Shown: positions 18,019-27,816, numbered from the stretch's first letter. The stretch: DNA of 64,000 nt from Alphaproteobacteria bacterium (GCA_965248835.1 CBDFLJ010000001.1:1632001-1696000); one strand, 5' to 3'. The notes: generated from the letters alone by a model not told the origin. A program made the numbers and translations.

Positions 18019-19170
18019 ATGGAACTGGTCATCACCGATCTGGAGAAGGACTACCACCGCGGTACCAGGAGCCGGGGCGAGACCGACCACCCGGCGCTCG
18101 ACGGGGTAAGCCTTCGGATCGAGGAAGGCGCGTTCTTCACCTTGCTCGGCCCCTCCGGGTGCGGCAAGACGACGCTTTTGCGCTGTATCGCCGGGCTCGA
18201 GGTGCCCGATGCCGGCGAGATCAGGCTGGGCGATCGGGTGCTGTTCTCCTCGGCGAGCGGCGTCAACGTTCCGCCCAACCGGCGCGGGCTCGGCATGGTC
18301 TTCCAGTCCTACGCAATCTGGCCGCACATGGACGTCGCCGGCAACGTCGCCTATCCGCTCACCGTTCGCGGGCGGCGCAAGGCTCTCACCCGCGCCGAGG
18401 TCGACCGGCGGGTGAACGAGCTGCTGGAGGTGATCCAGATCGCCCACCTGGCCAAGCGCAAGGCCACGATGCTCTCCGGCGGTCAGCAACAGCGGCTGGC
18501 GATGGCGCGCGCGCTGGTGATGGAGCCGCCGGTGCTGCTGCTCGACGAGCCGCTGTCGAACCTCGACACCAGGCTCCGGGAGGATTTGCGCCACGAGCTG
18601 ACCGGGCTGCAGGAACGGCTGGGGGTGACGTCGGTCTACGTCACCCACGACCAGGCCGAGGCGCTGGCGATGTCCTCGTCGATGGCGGTGATGCGCGAAG
18701 GCGTCATCGAGCAGCTCGGTACGCCGGTGGAACTCTACGACTACCCGCGCACCCGGTTCGTGGCCTCGTTCCTGGGGGCGGCGAACCTGCTCGAGGCCCG
18801 GGTCCTCGTCGGGCCCGACGGCGGCACGGCGCAGGGCGCGGACATGTTCCGCTTCGCGCTGGAGACCGGCTGGGGTGCGCCGTTCGAGGCGGTCGGGCGC
18901 GTCCCGTTCGCCGCCCGAGACCGCGTCACGGCGGCGCTGCGTCCGGAGGGCATCAGCCTCGCGCCGCCGCGCCAGGGCGGCGACGGCGCCCCGGATCCAT
19001 GGCGCGGGGTGGTCGAATCGGTCCAGTTCCTGGGCGATGCCGTCGAATACTGGCTCAGGGTCCAGGAGGTGACGCTGCGGGCCCGGGGGGCGCGCGGCCG
19101 GCAGTTCGCGGTCGGCGATCCGGTCACGATCGCGTTGCGGAGCGAGGCCTGCACGGTCCTCGCCAACTGA
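18019..19170 (+). CDS. ABC transporter ATP-binding protein (FbpC/PotA-like, TOBE domain)
   Basis: GPSGCGKT, LSGGQQQR, LLLDEP and YVTHDQ motifs. Confidence 0.95.
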   Translation: MELVITDLEKDYHRGTRSRGETDHPALDGVSLRIEEGAFFTLLGPSGCGKTTLLRCIAGLEVPDAGEIRLGDRVLFSSASGVNVPPNRRGLGMVFQSYAIWPHMDVAGNVAYPLTVRGRRKALTRAEVDRRVNELLEVIQIAHLAKRKATMLSGGQQQRLAMARALVMEPPVLLLDEPLSNLDTRLREDLRHELTGLQERLGVTSVYVTHDQAEALAMSSSMAVMREGVIEQLGTPVELYDYPRTRFVASFLGAANLLEARVLVGPDGGTAQGADMFRFALETGWGAPFEAVGRVPFAARDRVTAALRPEGISLAPPRQGGDGAPDPWRGVVESVQFLGDAVEYWLRVQEVTLRARGARGRQFAVGDPVTIALRSEACTVLAN

Positions 19171-19200
19171 CCGGCCGCCCCGTGGGGGCCGCCTTGGGCA

Positions 19201-20115
19201 TCAACGCGGCGTCGGGTCTTCGATGACCGGGTTGGACAGGGTGCCGAGCCCGTCGATCTCGACCTCGCACACATCGCCGGCACGCATGTGGAGCTGGCCT
19301 TCGACGACCACCGGGCCGCGCGGCGTCTCGGGCCGCTCGCCCGGCCGCAACGGCAGCGCGCCGGGGGAGCCGGTCGCGATCACATCGCCCGGCTGCAGCG
19401 TGTAGCCCTGCGAAAGATATTCGATCAGCCGCGGTACATCGAACAGCATGCCCGAAAGCGCCGCGCGCTGGCGCTCGATCCCGTTGAGCCGGGTGACCAG
19501 CGTGTGCGCGGCCGGATCGCCGAACTCGTCGGGCGTCATCAGCCACGGCCCGAAGCTGCCCGAACGCTCGAAGTTCTTGCCAAGGCCGAACTGCCGGTTG
19601 TGGCTCTGGTATTCCCGCACCGAGCCCTCGTTGTAGCAGGCGTAGCCCGCGACATGCGCGAAGGCGTTCTCACGCCTGATATGCCGGCCGGGCTTGCCGA
19701 TGATCACCGCGAGCTCGCCCTCGTAGTCGTAGGCCTCCGCGACATCGAGCCTGGGCGCCCAGAGCGCCTGGTTGTGGCCGACCTGGGCGATCGGCATGCG
19801 CAGAAAGACCTGCGGGTACGCGCGCGAGGTGGTGAGGCCGGTCTCCTCGATATGGAGGGTGTAGTTGAGCGCGAGCGCCCAGGTGGCGTGCGGCTCGGGG
19901 ATTACCGGATCGAACGCGACGTCATCGATCGACATCTCGGCCGCCTTGCCCGCGACGGCGGCCCGCACCCGCTCGAGCGAGGGGTCGACAGCGAGCACGC
20001 CCCGCAGGGTGCCCGGCAACGCCGGGTCAGCGCCTGCCAGCGGGACGAATCCCCTGTCGTCGACCATGACCCCGACGCAAGACACCTCGTCATGCCGGTA
20101 TGAGATGATCCGCAC
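19201..20115 (-). CDS. fumarylacetoacetate hydrolase family protein
   Basis: DYEGELAVIIG, YNEGSVR, GKNF and GDVIATGSP motifs; GGAGG RBS. Confidence 0.9.
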   Translation of the reverse strand: MRIISYRHDEVSCVGVMVDDRGFVPLAGADPALPGTLRGVLAVDPSLERVRAAVAGKAAEMSIDDVAFDPVIPEPHATWALALNYTLHIEETGLTTSRAYPQVFLRMPIAQVGHNQALWAPRLDVAEAYDYEGELAVIIGKPGRHIRRENAFAHVAGYACYNEGSVREYQSHNRQFGLGKNFERSGSFGPWLMTPDEFGDPAAHTLVTRLNGIERQRAALSGMLFDVPRLIEYLSQGYTLQPGDVIATGSPGALPLRPGERPETPRGPVVVEGQLHMRAGDVCEVEIDGLGTLSNPVIEDPTPR

Positions 20116-20151
20116 GCCCGCCTCCGCGCTGCCGCCGCGACGGGCCGGAGT

Positions 20152-20171
20152 CTAAAGCATGTCCCGAACAA
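20152..20171 (-). repeat. degenerate, inverted copy (16/20) of the 20-nt junction motif
   Basis: + strand CTAAAGCATGTCCCGAACAA versus reverse-complemented motif CTAGCGCATGTTCCGAACAG. Confidence 0.55.
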
Positions 20172-20199
20172 GCCGAACCGGTCCGCCGCAGAGCCCGGC

Positions 20200-20350
20200 T
20201 CAGTGGGAGATCAGCACCCGGCGGATCATCGAACGCATCGGCGTCTCGATGACGCCGCCGAACTCCCATTCCTGCAGGCGGGAATGGCCGTAGGCGCCGG
20301 GGTCGCTCAGGAAGGCGGCGGCCTTGGCTCGCCGGTCAGGATGGCTCGGC
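20200..20350 (-). pseudogene. C-terminal remnant of a universal stress protein (UspA family)
   Basis: minus frame ends GAYGHSRLQEWEFGGVIETPMRSMIRRVLISH*, the typical USP C-terminus; no start codon or N-terminal part. Confidence 0.7.
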
Positions 20351-20355
20351 CGGGT

Positions 20356-21054
20356 TCAAAGACCGCCGGCGGGCACCAGCGGCCGCTTCGCTCGGTGGTC
20401 CTTGACCTCCTTCACGCCGTCGACCTCTTCGGCGAGGATTTTGGTGGCGGGGATCTCTTCGGTCGATCCGACCGTACCCCAGAGGTCGACCACCCCGCCG
20501 CGCACCGTTATGGTGGTCGACCCGGCGCTCGCCCAGGTCTGCTCGGCTAGGCGCTTCTCGATCGTACTGCGGATCGTCTTGTCGTCGCTGTCGAAACGGA
20601 TCTCCATTTTCGGCGCGGACGCGATCTCGCGCACGATATTGGCCCGGCTGACGATCCCCACCAACTTGCCGTCGCTGAGCACGGGCACGCGTTTGACGTG
20701 GTTGCGCTCCAACGTCTCGGCGATCTCGGGCAGGGTCGCGTTTTCGTCGACGGTAATGACGGTGGCGGTCATGACGTCACGCGCGCACTTGCCATGCGTT
20801 TTGGTGTACTCGTCGGCGAGCTTGCCCGGGTCCTTGAACATCTTCAGCCACCAGGAGCCCGCCGGCCGATCGGTGCCTATCTCGGCCCGGTGCAGCAGAT
20901 CCCCCTCGCTCACGATGCCGCAGAGCGTATCGTCGGCATCGACCACCGGTACGGCGCTGATGTTCCGTTCGACAAGGATCGCCGCGATCTGCGAAATCGG
21001 TTCGTCCGGCGGCACGGTCACGACGCGGGTGGTCATGATGTCCTTTGCCTGCAT
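20356..21054 (-). CDS. CBS-domain pair + BON domain protein
   Basis: MQAKDIMTT, GIVSEGDLL, ARDVMT and GIVSRAN; C-terminal DDKTIR...VRGGVVDLWG...GVKEVKD BON domain. Confidence 0.88.
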   Translation of the reverse strand: MQAKDIMTTRVVTVPPDEPISQIAAILVERNISAVPVVDADDTLCGIVSEGDLLHRAEIGTDRPAGSWWLKMFKDPGKLADEYTKTHGKCARDVMTATVITVDENATLPEIAETLERNHVKRVPVLSDGKLVGIVSRANIVREIASAPKMEIRFDSDDKTIRSTIEKRLAEQTWASAGSTTITVRGGVVDLWGTVGSTEEIPATKILAEEVDGVKEVKDHRAKRPLVPAGGL

Positions 21055-21115
21055 GGCGGTGTTCCACGATTTTCTGGCCCGGGGGCCGACCTCCAGCGCC
21101 GCAGTATACGACGCA

Positions 21116-21129
21116 TTAACCTGGATCAA
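21116..21129. promoter_or_regulatory. imperfect FNR/FixK-type box upstream of the CBS-BON gene
   Basis: TTAAC-CTGG-ATCAA versus consensus TTGAT-N4-ATCAA (one perfect half), about 60 nt above the ATG. Confidence 0.4.
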
Positions 21130-22385
21130 ACGGGTTTCGCGCGCCTTGGCGGCGTCGCGTCGCGGGACACCGGCCGGGCCATATCGACACCGAGCCCGCG
21201 GGCGGGCGCGAACACGTCGGGCTCGCCCATGGCGTGGCGGATCAGGACCCGCTTGAGCGCCGGGAAGCGGTTGACGGCCGCAAGGCCGAGGCGGCGGCCG
21301 AGGCGGAGCGGGAGCCGGTCGTTGGAGAACAGCCGGTTGAGACCGTCGGTCACCGCCAGCATCGCGAAGTTGTCCGCCCGGCGCGCCCTTGTGTAGCGGG
21401 CGAGCAGCGTCGAGGCGCCGGGGTCGAGCCCGAGTCCGACGGCATCGACGATCACCCCGGTCAGGGCGGCGGCATCCCGGATCCCGAGATTGAGGCCCTG
21501 GCCCGCGATCGGGTGGATCGCGTGCGCCGCATCGCCGGCCAGCGCCAGACGGTCGAGCACGTAGCGCTCGGCGAGCGTCAGGGTCAGGGGGTAGGAAAAC
21601 ACCGGCCCTTCGACCGCGAGGTCGCCGAGATAATCGGTGAACCGGCTGGCGAGCTCGACCTCGAATTCGGGCCGCGGCAGAGCAAGGATCCGGCGCGCGA
21701 CATCGGCTCGTTCGGTCCAGACGATCGAGGACCGGGACCCGGTCATCGGCAGGACCGCGAACGGGCCGGCGGGCAGAAATCGCTCCTGCGCGATGCCGCG
21801 GTGAGGCCGGCCATGCGCGATCGTGGCAACGATGCCGGTCTGGTCGTAGGCAACCTCCAGCGCCCCGATGCCGGAATGCCGGCGCACGAGGGACCGGCGC
21901 CCGTCGGCCGCCACCACCAGGGCGGCGGTCAGGACCGCACCATCATCGAGGCGCAGCCTCGCATCGACCGGTCCGCGCTCCAGGCCGGCGACCGCACGGC
22001 CGTCGAGCAACCGGACGCAATCATGCGCTTCGACCGCCTCGATCAGCGCGCGCCGAATCCACCGGTTCTCGACGATATAGCCGAGCGCTTCGGCCCCCAC
22101 CTCGTCCCGGTCGTAGTGAGCGAAAAGCGGCGAGTCGCCGTCGGAGACCCGGATCTCTTCGATCGGCTGGGCATCGCCGGCAAGCCGGTCCCAGATCCCG
22201 AGCCCGTCGAAAACGGCGCGCGAGGCCGGGGCGATCGCCGAGACGCGCCCGTCGAATGCCTGATCGAGCATCGCCGCGACAGGCTCGTGATCGACCACGG
22301 TGGTGCGCACGCCCGCCCGGCCCAGCGCGGCGCCAAGGGTCAGCCCGACGATCCCGCCGCCGACGATGACGATCTGGTCTGCCAT
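21126..22385 (-). CDS. UbiH/UbiF/UbiL family FAD-dependent ubiquinone biosynthesis hydroxylase
   Basis: VGGGIVG, AADGRRS and GDAAHAIHPIAGQGLNLG motifs; divergent from aminotransferase-ftsK. Confidence 0.9.
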   Translation of the reverse strand: MADQIVIVGGGIVGLTLGAALGRAGVRTTVVDHEPVAAMLDQAFDGRVSAIAPASRAVFDGLGIWDRLAGDAQPIEEIRVSDGDSPLFAHYDRDEVGAEALGYIVENRWIRRALIEAVEAHDCVRLLDGRAVAGLERGPVDARLRLDDGAVLTAALVVAADGRRSLVRRHSGIGALEVAYDQTGIVATIAHGRPHRGIAQERFLPAGPFAVLPMTGSRSSIVWTERADVARRILALPRPEFEVELASRFTDYLGDLAVEGPVFSYPLTLTLAERYVLDRLALAGDAAHAIHPIAGQGLNLGIRDAAALTGVIVDAVGLGLDPGASTLLARYTRARRADNFAMLAVTDGLNRLFSNDRLPLRLGRRLGLAAVNRFPALKRVLIRHAMGEPDVFAPARGLGVDMARPVSRDATPPRRAKPV

Positions 22386-22671
22386 GGGTTCGGCTCTCCT
22401 GGACCCGCGCCGCCGCCTGTCCTGCAGACTCTATGTACGGCCATTTCCAAGGGTTTGGAAACGTCTCATGGGTGTTCGGCGGTGCTTCGAGGCGCGCGAT
22501 TGCCGCCCTCGGCGCGTCCGGGTCCGAATCACCCAGGGTCCAACCCTACCAACGATAGCGGTTGGGCGACCATTGACCCCCACATATGGTGAGGATCGGC
22601 GCAAGCTTCGCTTGTCTGGGCCTGCCGCTTGCGGATAGAGTGCCGCGTCCGAAGGGTTCGGCGGCAGGCCG

Positions 22672-23868
22672 GTGTTCAACGACCGCATCTCCCAAATCGG
22701 CGAGTATCCGTTCGACCGGCTGCGCGCCCTGCTCGGCCCGATCGCGCCGCCCGACCGCCTCGCGCCGATCGCGCTGTCGCTAGGCGAGCCGCAGCACGAG
22801 CCGCCGGCGATGATCCGCGATGCGGTGACCGCCGATCACGCCCTGTGGGGCCGCTACCCGCCGATGCGCGGCACCGAAGCGGTGCGCGGGGCGATCACCG
22901 ATTGGGCGGCCAGACGCTATGGCCTGCCCCCGGCGATGCTCGATCCGGCACGCAACGTCGTGCCGGTCTGCGGCACCCGCGAGGCGCTGTTCATGATCGC
23001 ACTCGCGGCGGTGCCCGAGCGCAAGAACGGCGCGAAGCCGGTGGTGCTGATGCCCAACCCGTTCTACCAGGTCTATCTCGGTGCGGCGGTGGTCGCCGGC
23101 GCCGAGCCGGTCTTCGTTGCGGCCGACCGCGACACCGGCTTCCTGCCCGATTTCGCAAGCCTGCCCGCCGACCTCCTGGCGCGCACGGCGCTGGCCTATT
23201 TCTGCTCGCCGGCCAACCCGCAAGGAACCATCGCATCGAAACAGAACCTGGCCGCTCTGGTCGAGCTGGCCCGCGAATACGACTTCGTGCTCGCCTCCGA
23301 CGAGTGCTACAGCGAGATCTATGACCGCGGCGTGGCGCCGCCCGCCGGCATGCTGGAGGCTTGCCGCGATCTCGGCGGCGGGCTGGACAACGTCGTGGTG
23401 TTCAACTCGCTGTCCAAGCGCTCGAGTTGCCCCGGCCTGCGTGTCGGCTTCGTGATCGGCGAAGGGGGGTTCATCGACCGGTTCGTGCGTCTGCGCGACT
23501 ATGGCGGCGCAGCACCGCCTCTGCCGTTGCTCGCCGCGGCGCAAGCGCTGCTCGGCGATGAAGACCATGTCGAGGCGAGCCGAGCGCTGTACCGGCAAAA
23601 ATTCGACATCGCCGAGGAGATTCTAGGCGGCCGCCCGGGATTCTACCGGCCGCCCGGCGGCTTCTACCTATGGCTCGACGTCGGCGACGGCGAGGCGGCG
23701 GCGCGGCGGTTGTGGGCGCAGGCCGCGGTCCGGGTCCTGCCCGGCGCCTACGTCGCCCGGCCGGGCGCCGATGGGCGCAATCCGGGCGCGGCCTATATCC
23801 GCATCGCGCTGATCCACGATCGCGAGACCACAAGCGAGGTGCTTGGCCGCCTCGCCGGGGTATTGTAA
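22672..23868 (+). CDS. PLP-dependent aminotransferase class I/II (DapC-like)
   Basis: YPFDRL, LSLGEPQH, PNPFYQVY, CSPANPQG, SDECYSEIY and SLSKRS motifs. Confidence 0.88.
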   Translation: MFNDRISQIGEYPFDRLRALLGPIAPPDRLAPIALSLGEPQHEPPAMIRDAVTADHALWGRYPPMRGTEAVRGAITDWAARRYGLPPAMLDPARNVVPVCGTREALFMIALAAVPERKNGAKPVVLMPNPFYQVYLGAAVVAGAEPVFVAADRDTGFLPDFASLPADLLARTALAYFCSPANPQGTIASKQNLAALVELAREYDFVLASDECYSEIYDRGVAPPAGMLEACRDLGGGLDNVVVFNSLSKRSSCPGLRVGFVIGEGGFIDRFVRLRDYGGAAPPLPLLAAAQALLGDEDHVEASRALYRQKFDIAEEILGGRPGFYRPPGGFYLWLDVGDGEAAARRLWAQAAVRVLPGAYVARPGADGRNPGAAYIRIALIHDRETTSEVLGRLAGVL

Positions 23869-23876
23869 GGAGACCG

Positions 23877-26228
23877 ATGCGCACCACCCCCACCAGCATG
23901 GCCGCAAAGGGCCGGTCGGCCACGGCACCATCGCGGGCGGGCCGGTTTGTGCGGCGGCGGCTGAACGAACTCGCGGGTCTGGCGCTGGTCGCGCTCGCTG
24001 CTGCGCTGATGGTCGCGCTGGCGACCTACAATGCGGGCGATCCATCGTTCAACACCGCGGTCGATAGCCTGCCGCGCAATTTTCTGGGCGTGCCGGGCGC
24101 CTGGGCGGCGGACTTCTTCCTGCAGACCATTGGGCTCGCGACCTGGCTGACGGGGCCGGTGCTGGCGGCATGGGCGTGGCGTTTGGCCTCGCACCAGGGG
24201 CTGGGGCGGGCGTGGCTGCGGATCACCATGTTGCCGGGCACGTTGATCTTCGGCGCGGTCCTGTTCGCGACCCTGCCGACGCCGGCAAGCTGGCTGCTGC
24301 ACACCGGCGGCGGTGGATCGCTGGGCGATCTGGTGCTGGCCGGGCTGCTGGATTTCGCCGGCCATCTGATGGGCTATGACACCGGTGTGATCGCTGCCGC
24401 CGCGGCCGTGCTCACGCTCGGCGCCCTGATCGAGGCGATGGGCTTGAGCCTTGCGGAATGGCGGGCGATGGGCCGCGCGGCGCGGCGCGGCGCGGCCGTG
24501 ATCGGGCGTTTTTTCGCGCTGGGACGGCGGATTCGCGCGCGGCCGCGCGCACGCGCGGCCGATGAGGCGCCGCCGCGCAAGGAAAAGGTACGGCGCGAAC
24601 CGGCCGCGCCGACGCCGGTGGTGGCCGAGCGCGACCGCGCCAAGCCCCAGCGTCCGGCCCGAACCGAGCGCAAGGCCCGCCAGATTCGGCTCGAATTCGA
24701 CGAAGCGGACGAACGGCATGTGCTGCCGCCGACCGACCTGCTCGATCCGGTGGTGGAGGCGCCGCGCGAGCCCGCGATCGATGCGGATGCGCTTCAGGAA
24801 AACGCCCGCCTCCTCGAGTCGGTGCTCGACGACTTCGGGGTCAAGGGTGCGATCACCCGGGTGCGCCCGGGCCCGGTGGTCACGCTCTACGAGCTGGAAC
24901 CGGCCCCGGGCACGAAATCCTCGCGCGTGATCGGGCTCGCCGATGACGTCGCGCGCTCGATGAGCGCGGTCTCGGTGCGCGTCGCCGTGGTGCCGGGGCG
25001 CAGCGTCATCGGTATCGAGCTGCCCAATCGCGGGCGCGAGACGGTCTTGCTGCGCGAGCTCCTGGAATCGACGGCCTATGACCGCGCCGGCGGCCAGCTT
25101 ACCCTGGTGCTCGGCAAGGATATCGGCGGCACCCCGGTGCTTGTCGACCTCGCGCGCATGCCGCATCTGCTGATCGCCGGCACCACCGGATCGGGCAAGT
25201 CGGTGGCCATCAACACCATGATCCTGTCGCTGCTCTACCGCCTGTCGCCCGAGCAGTGCCGGATCATCATGATCGATCCCAAGATGCTCGAGCTGTCGGT
25301 CTATGACGGGATCCCGCATCTGTTGGCGCCGGTGGTTACGGATGCGAGCAAGGCGGTGGTCGCTTTGCGCTGGGCGGTGCGCGAGATGGAGAATCGCTAC
25401 CGGGCGATGTCCAGCCTGGGGGTGCGCAGCATCGCCGGATACAACGCCCGCCTCGCCGAGGCCGCGAAGAAGGGCGAGACGCTGTTCCGCACCGTGCAGA
25501 CCGGCATCGACGCCGACACCGGCGAGCTGGTCTACGAGGAGCAGCCGATCGAGATCACGCCGCTGCCCTATATCGTGGTGATCGTCGACGAGATGGCCGA
25601 TCTCATGCTGGTCGCCGGCAAGGAGGTCGAGGCCGCCGTCCAGCGCCTGTCGCAAATGGCCCGCGCGGCCGGCATCCACCTGCTGATGGCGACCCAGCGT
25701 CCGTCGGTCGACGTGATTACCGGCACGATCAAGGCCAATTTTCCGACCCGGGTAAGCTTTCAGGTCACGTCGAAGATCGACAGCCGCACGATCCTGGGCG
25801 AATCGGGCGCCGAGCAGCTTCTGGGCCAGGGCGACATGCTCTACATGGCTGGCGGCGGCCGGATCAGCCGGGTGCACGGGCCGTTCGTCTCCGACGAGGA
25901 GGTCGAGCGCGTCGTCGGCTTCCTGTGCGATCAGGGCGAGCCGACCTATGTCGAGGACGTCACCGACTCCGAGGACGAGATGCCGATGCTGGGCGAGGTG
26001 ACCAGCGAGAACGGCCGCGACGGCGATGCGCTCTACGACCAGGCGGTCGCCCTGGTTGCGCGCGAAGGCAAGGCCTCGACCAGTTTCGTCCAGCGCCATC
26101 TCCAGATCGGCTACAACCGCGCTGCCCGGCTAATCGAGCGGATGGAGACCGAGGGCATCATCAGTGCGCCCAACCATGTCGGCAAGCGCCAGGTGCTGGC
26201 GCGCAAGGTCGACCACGAGGCCGGATAG
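23877..26228 (+). CDS. ftsK: DNA translocase FtsK
   Basis: N-terminal TM domain; PHLLIAGTTGSGKS, IVDEMADLM and ATQRPSVDV; gamma domain QIGYNRAAR; AAGGAG RBS. Confidence 0.96.
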   Translation: MRTTPTSMAAKGRSATAPSRAGRFVRRRLNELAGLALVALAAALMVALATYNAGDPSFNTAVDSLPRNFLGVPGAWAADFFLQTIGLATWLTGPVLAAWAWRLASHQGLGRAWLRITMLPGTLIFGAVLFATLPTPASWLLHTGGGGSLGDLVLAGLLDFAGHLMGYDTGVIAAAAAVLTLGALIEAMGLSLAEWRAMGRAARRGAAVIGRFFALGRRIRARPRARAADEAPPRKEKVRREPAAPTPVVAERDRAKPQRPARTERKARQIRLEFDEADERHVLPPTDLLDPVVEAPREPAIDADALQENARLLESVLDDFGVKGAITRVRPGPVVTLYELEPAPGTKSSRVIGLADDVARSMSAVSVRVAVVPGRSVIGIELPNRGRETVLLRELLESTAYDRAGGQLTLVLGKDIGGTPVLVDLARMPHLLIAGTTGSGKSVAINTMILSLLYRLSPEQCRIIMIDPKMLELSVYDGIPHLLAPVVTDASKAVVALRWAVREMENRYRAMSSLGVRSIAGYNARLAEAAKKGETLFRTVQTGIDADTGELVYEEQPIEITPLPYIVVIVDEMADLMLVAGKEVEAAVQRLSQMARAAGIHLLMATQRPSVDVITGTIKANFPTRVSFQVTSKIDSRTILGESGAEQLLGQGDMLYMAGGGRISRVHGPFVSDEEVERVVGFLCDQGEPTYVEDVTDSEDEMPMLGEVTSENGRDGDALYDQAVALVAREGKASTSFVQRHLQIGYNRAARLIERMETEGIISAPNHVGKRQVLARKVDHEAG

Positions 26229-26291
26229 CGCTGGCCAACCGCGCGGCGCAACCCCATGTTCCCACCGACCGCAACGATACAAAGGCCGGCC

Positions 26292-26918
26292 ATGCGGCGT
26301 TCCCTGGTCGTGATCCTGGCGGCGATCGGGTTCGCGCTCGCCGCTTCCGCGGCGGCGGACGTGCTGAAGCCGGCCGACCGGGCCGAGGTCGCGCGCGCGG
26401 AGATCTACCTCAACGCGGTCAAATCGCTGCGCTCGCGGTTCGTCCAGTCTTCTTCCAACGGGGATTTCGCCAAGGGCCGGCTCTATCTCCAGCGGCCCAA
26501 GCGGCTGCGGCTCGACTACGACGCGCCGACGATGCTGCAGATCTACGCCGACGGCTACTGGCTGGTCTATGTGGACACCGAGCTCGAGGAGGTCAGCCAG
26601 ATCCCGCTCGATCGCACCCCGGCGGCCTTCCTGGTCCGCGAGACCGTCTCGCTGAGCGACGGCGTCCGGGTCACCAGGGTCAAGCGCGACGGCGAGCGTG
26701 TGTCCATCCACCTCGTCCAGGTCGATGAGCCGGAGGCCGGCGAGGTGATCCTGGCCTTCGCGCGCGACCCGATGCGGCTGCTTGGATGGACCGTGATCGA
26801 CGCCCAGGGCATCCGTACGCTGGTGGCGCTGATCGCGCCCGACTTCAACGCGCCGATCGCGCGCGAGGTCTTCGAGTTCGACCAGGACAAGTTCTCCGGC
26901 GACCGCAACGGCGGCTGA
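26292..26918 (+). CDS. lolA: outer-membrane lipoprotein carrier LolA
   Basis: signal peptide, FVQ...GRLYLQRP..LRLDY, TPAAFL; directly follows ftsK. Confidence 0.85.
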   Translation: MRRSLVVILAAIGFALAASAAADVLKPADRAEVARAEIYLNAVKSLRSRFVQSSSNGDFAKGRLYLQRPKRLRLDYDAPTMLQIYADGYWLVYVDTELEEVSQIPLDRTPAAFLVRETVSLSDGVRVTRVKRDGERVSIHLVQVDEPEAGEVILAFARDPMRLLGWTVIDAQGIRTLVALIAPDFNAPIAREVFEFDQDKFSGDRNGG

Positions 26919-27027
26919 GCCGGCATCCTCCGGCCGCGGCTTGCCGGCCCGGTTCGGGCGTGTTAGGTCCAGGCACCGCACCCAGTGCGGGCAATCAGGG
27001 ACTTTGGCACGACGCCGCTCGGAGACG

Positions 27028-27813
27028 ATGAAACACGAACAAGCGATCGCGCGGCCCGTGGTCGGCATCCCGACCGGCTTGATCTACCTTCCGGAGCACT
27101 CGATTCCCCAACACGGCGTGGGGGAGCGCTATATCACCGCCGTGCGCGAGGCCTCGGGCGCCGATCCGCTGCTGATCCCGGCGCTGGCAGAGGCCTTCGA
27201 CTACGACGTGCTGGCGGGTCGGCTGGACGGGCTGTTCCTGACCGGCGGGCGGGCCAATGTCGAGCCGCATCACTATGGCGGGCCGCCGTTTCCCGACGAT
27301 GAATCCCGCGATGCCGCGCGCGACAACACGGTCTTGCCGCTGATCCGCGCCTGCGTCGCGCGCGCGATCCCCGTCTTCGGGGTCTGCCGCGGGCTGCAGG
27401 AGATAAACGTGGCCTTGGGCGGCTCGCTGCACTATCGGGTGCATCTGATCGAGGGCAAGCTCGACCACCGGATGCCGCGCGAAGGCGATGTCGACGCCCG
27501 TTTCGGGCTGGCCCACGACCTTTTGCTCGATGCCGGCGGGGAGTTCGCCCGGTTGATCAACGATACCACGATCAAGGTCAACTCGGCGCACGGCCAGGGT
27601 ATCGACCGCCTGGCGCCCGGGCTGGTCGTCGAGGCGCAGGCGCCGGACGGTCTCATCGAAGGTATCAGGCTGCCCGATTGCGGGACGTTCGCCGTCGGGG
27701 TCCAGTGGCATGCCGAGCACCGCTGGGCCGAGCACCGGCTTTCCGAGGCGCTGTTCAAGGCCTTCGGACGGGCGGCACGGCAGCGCGCGGCGCGGCGCCT
27801 GAACGGGGGCTGA
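27028..27813 (+). CDS. gamma-glutamyl-gamma-aminobutyrate hydrolase family (peptidase C26, PuuD-like)
   Basis: GVCRGLQE, VNSAHGQG and GVQWHAE catalytic motifs. Confidence 0.88.
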   Translation: MKHEQAIARPVVGIPTGLIYLPEHSIPQHGVGERYITAVREASGADPLLIPALAEAFDYDVLAGRLDGLFLTGGRANVEPHHYGGPPFPDDESRDAARDNTVLPLIRACVARAIPVFGVCRGLQEINVALGGSLHYRVHLIEGKLDHRMPREGDVDARFGLAHDLLLDAGGEFARLINDTTIKVNSAHGQGIDRLAPGLVVEAQAPDGLIEGIRLPDCGTFAVGVQWHAEHRWAEHRLSEALFKAFGRAARQRAARRLNGG

Positions 27814-27816
27814 TCG

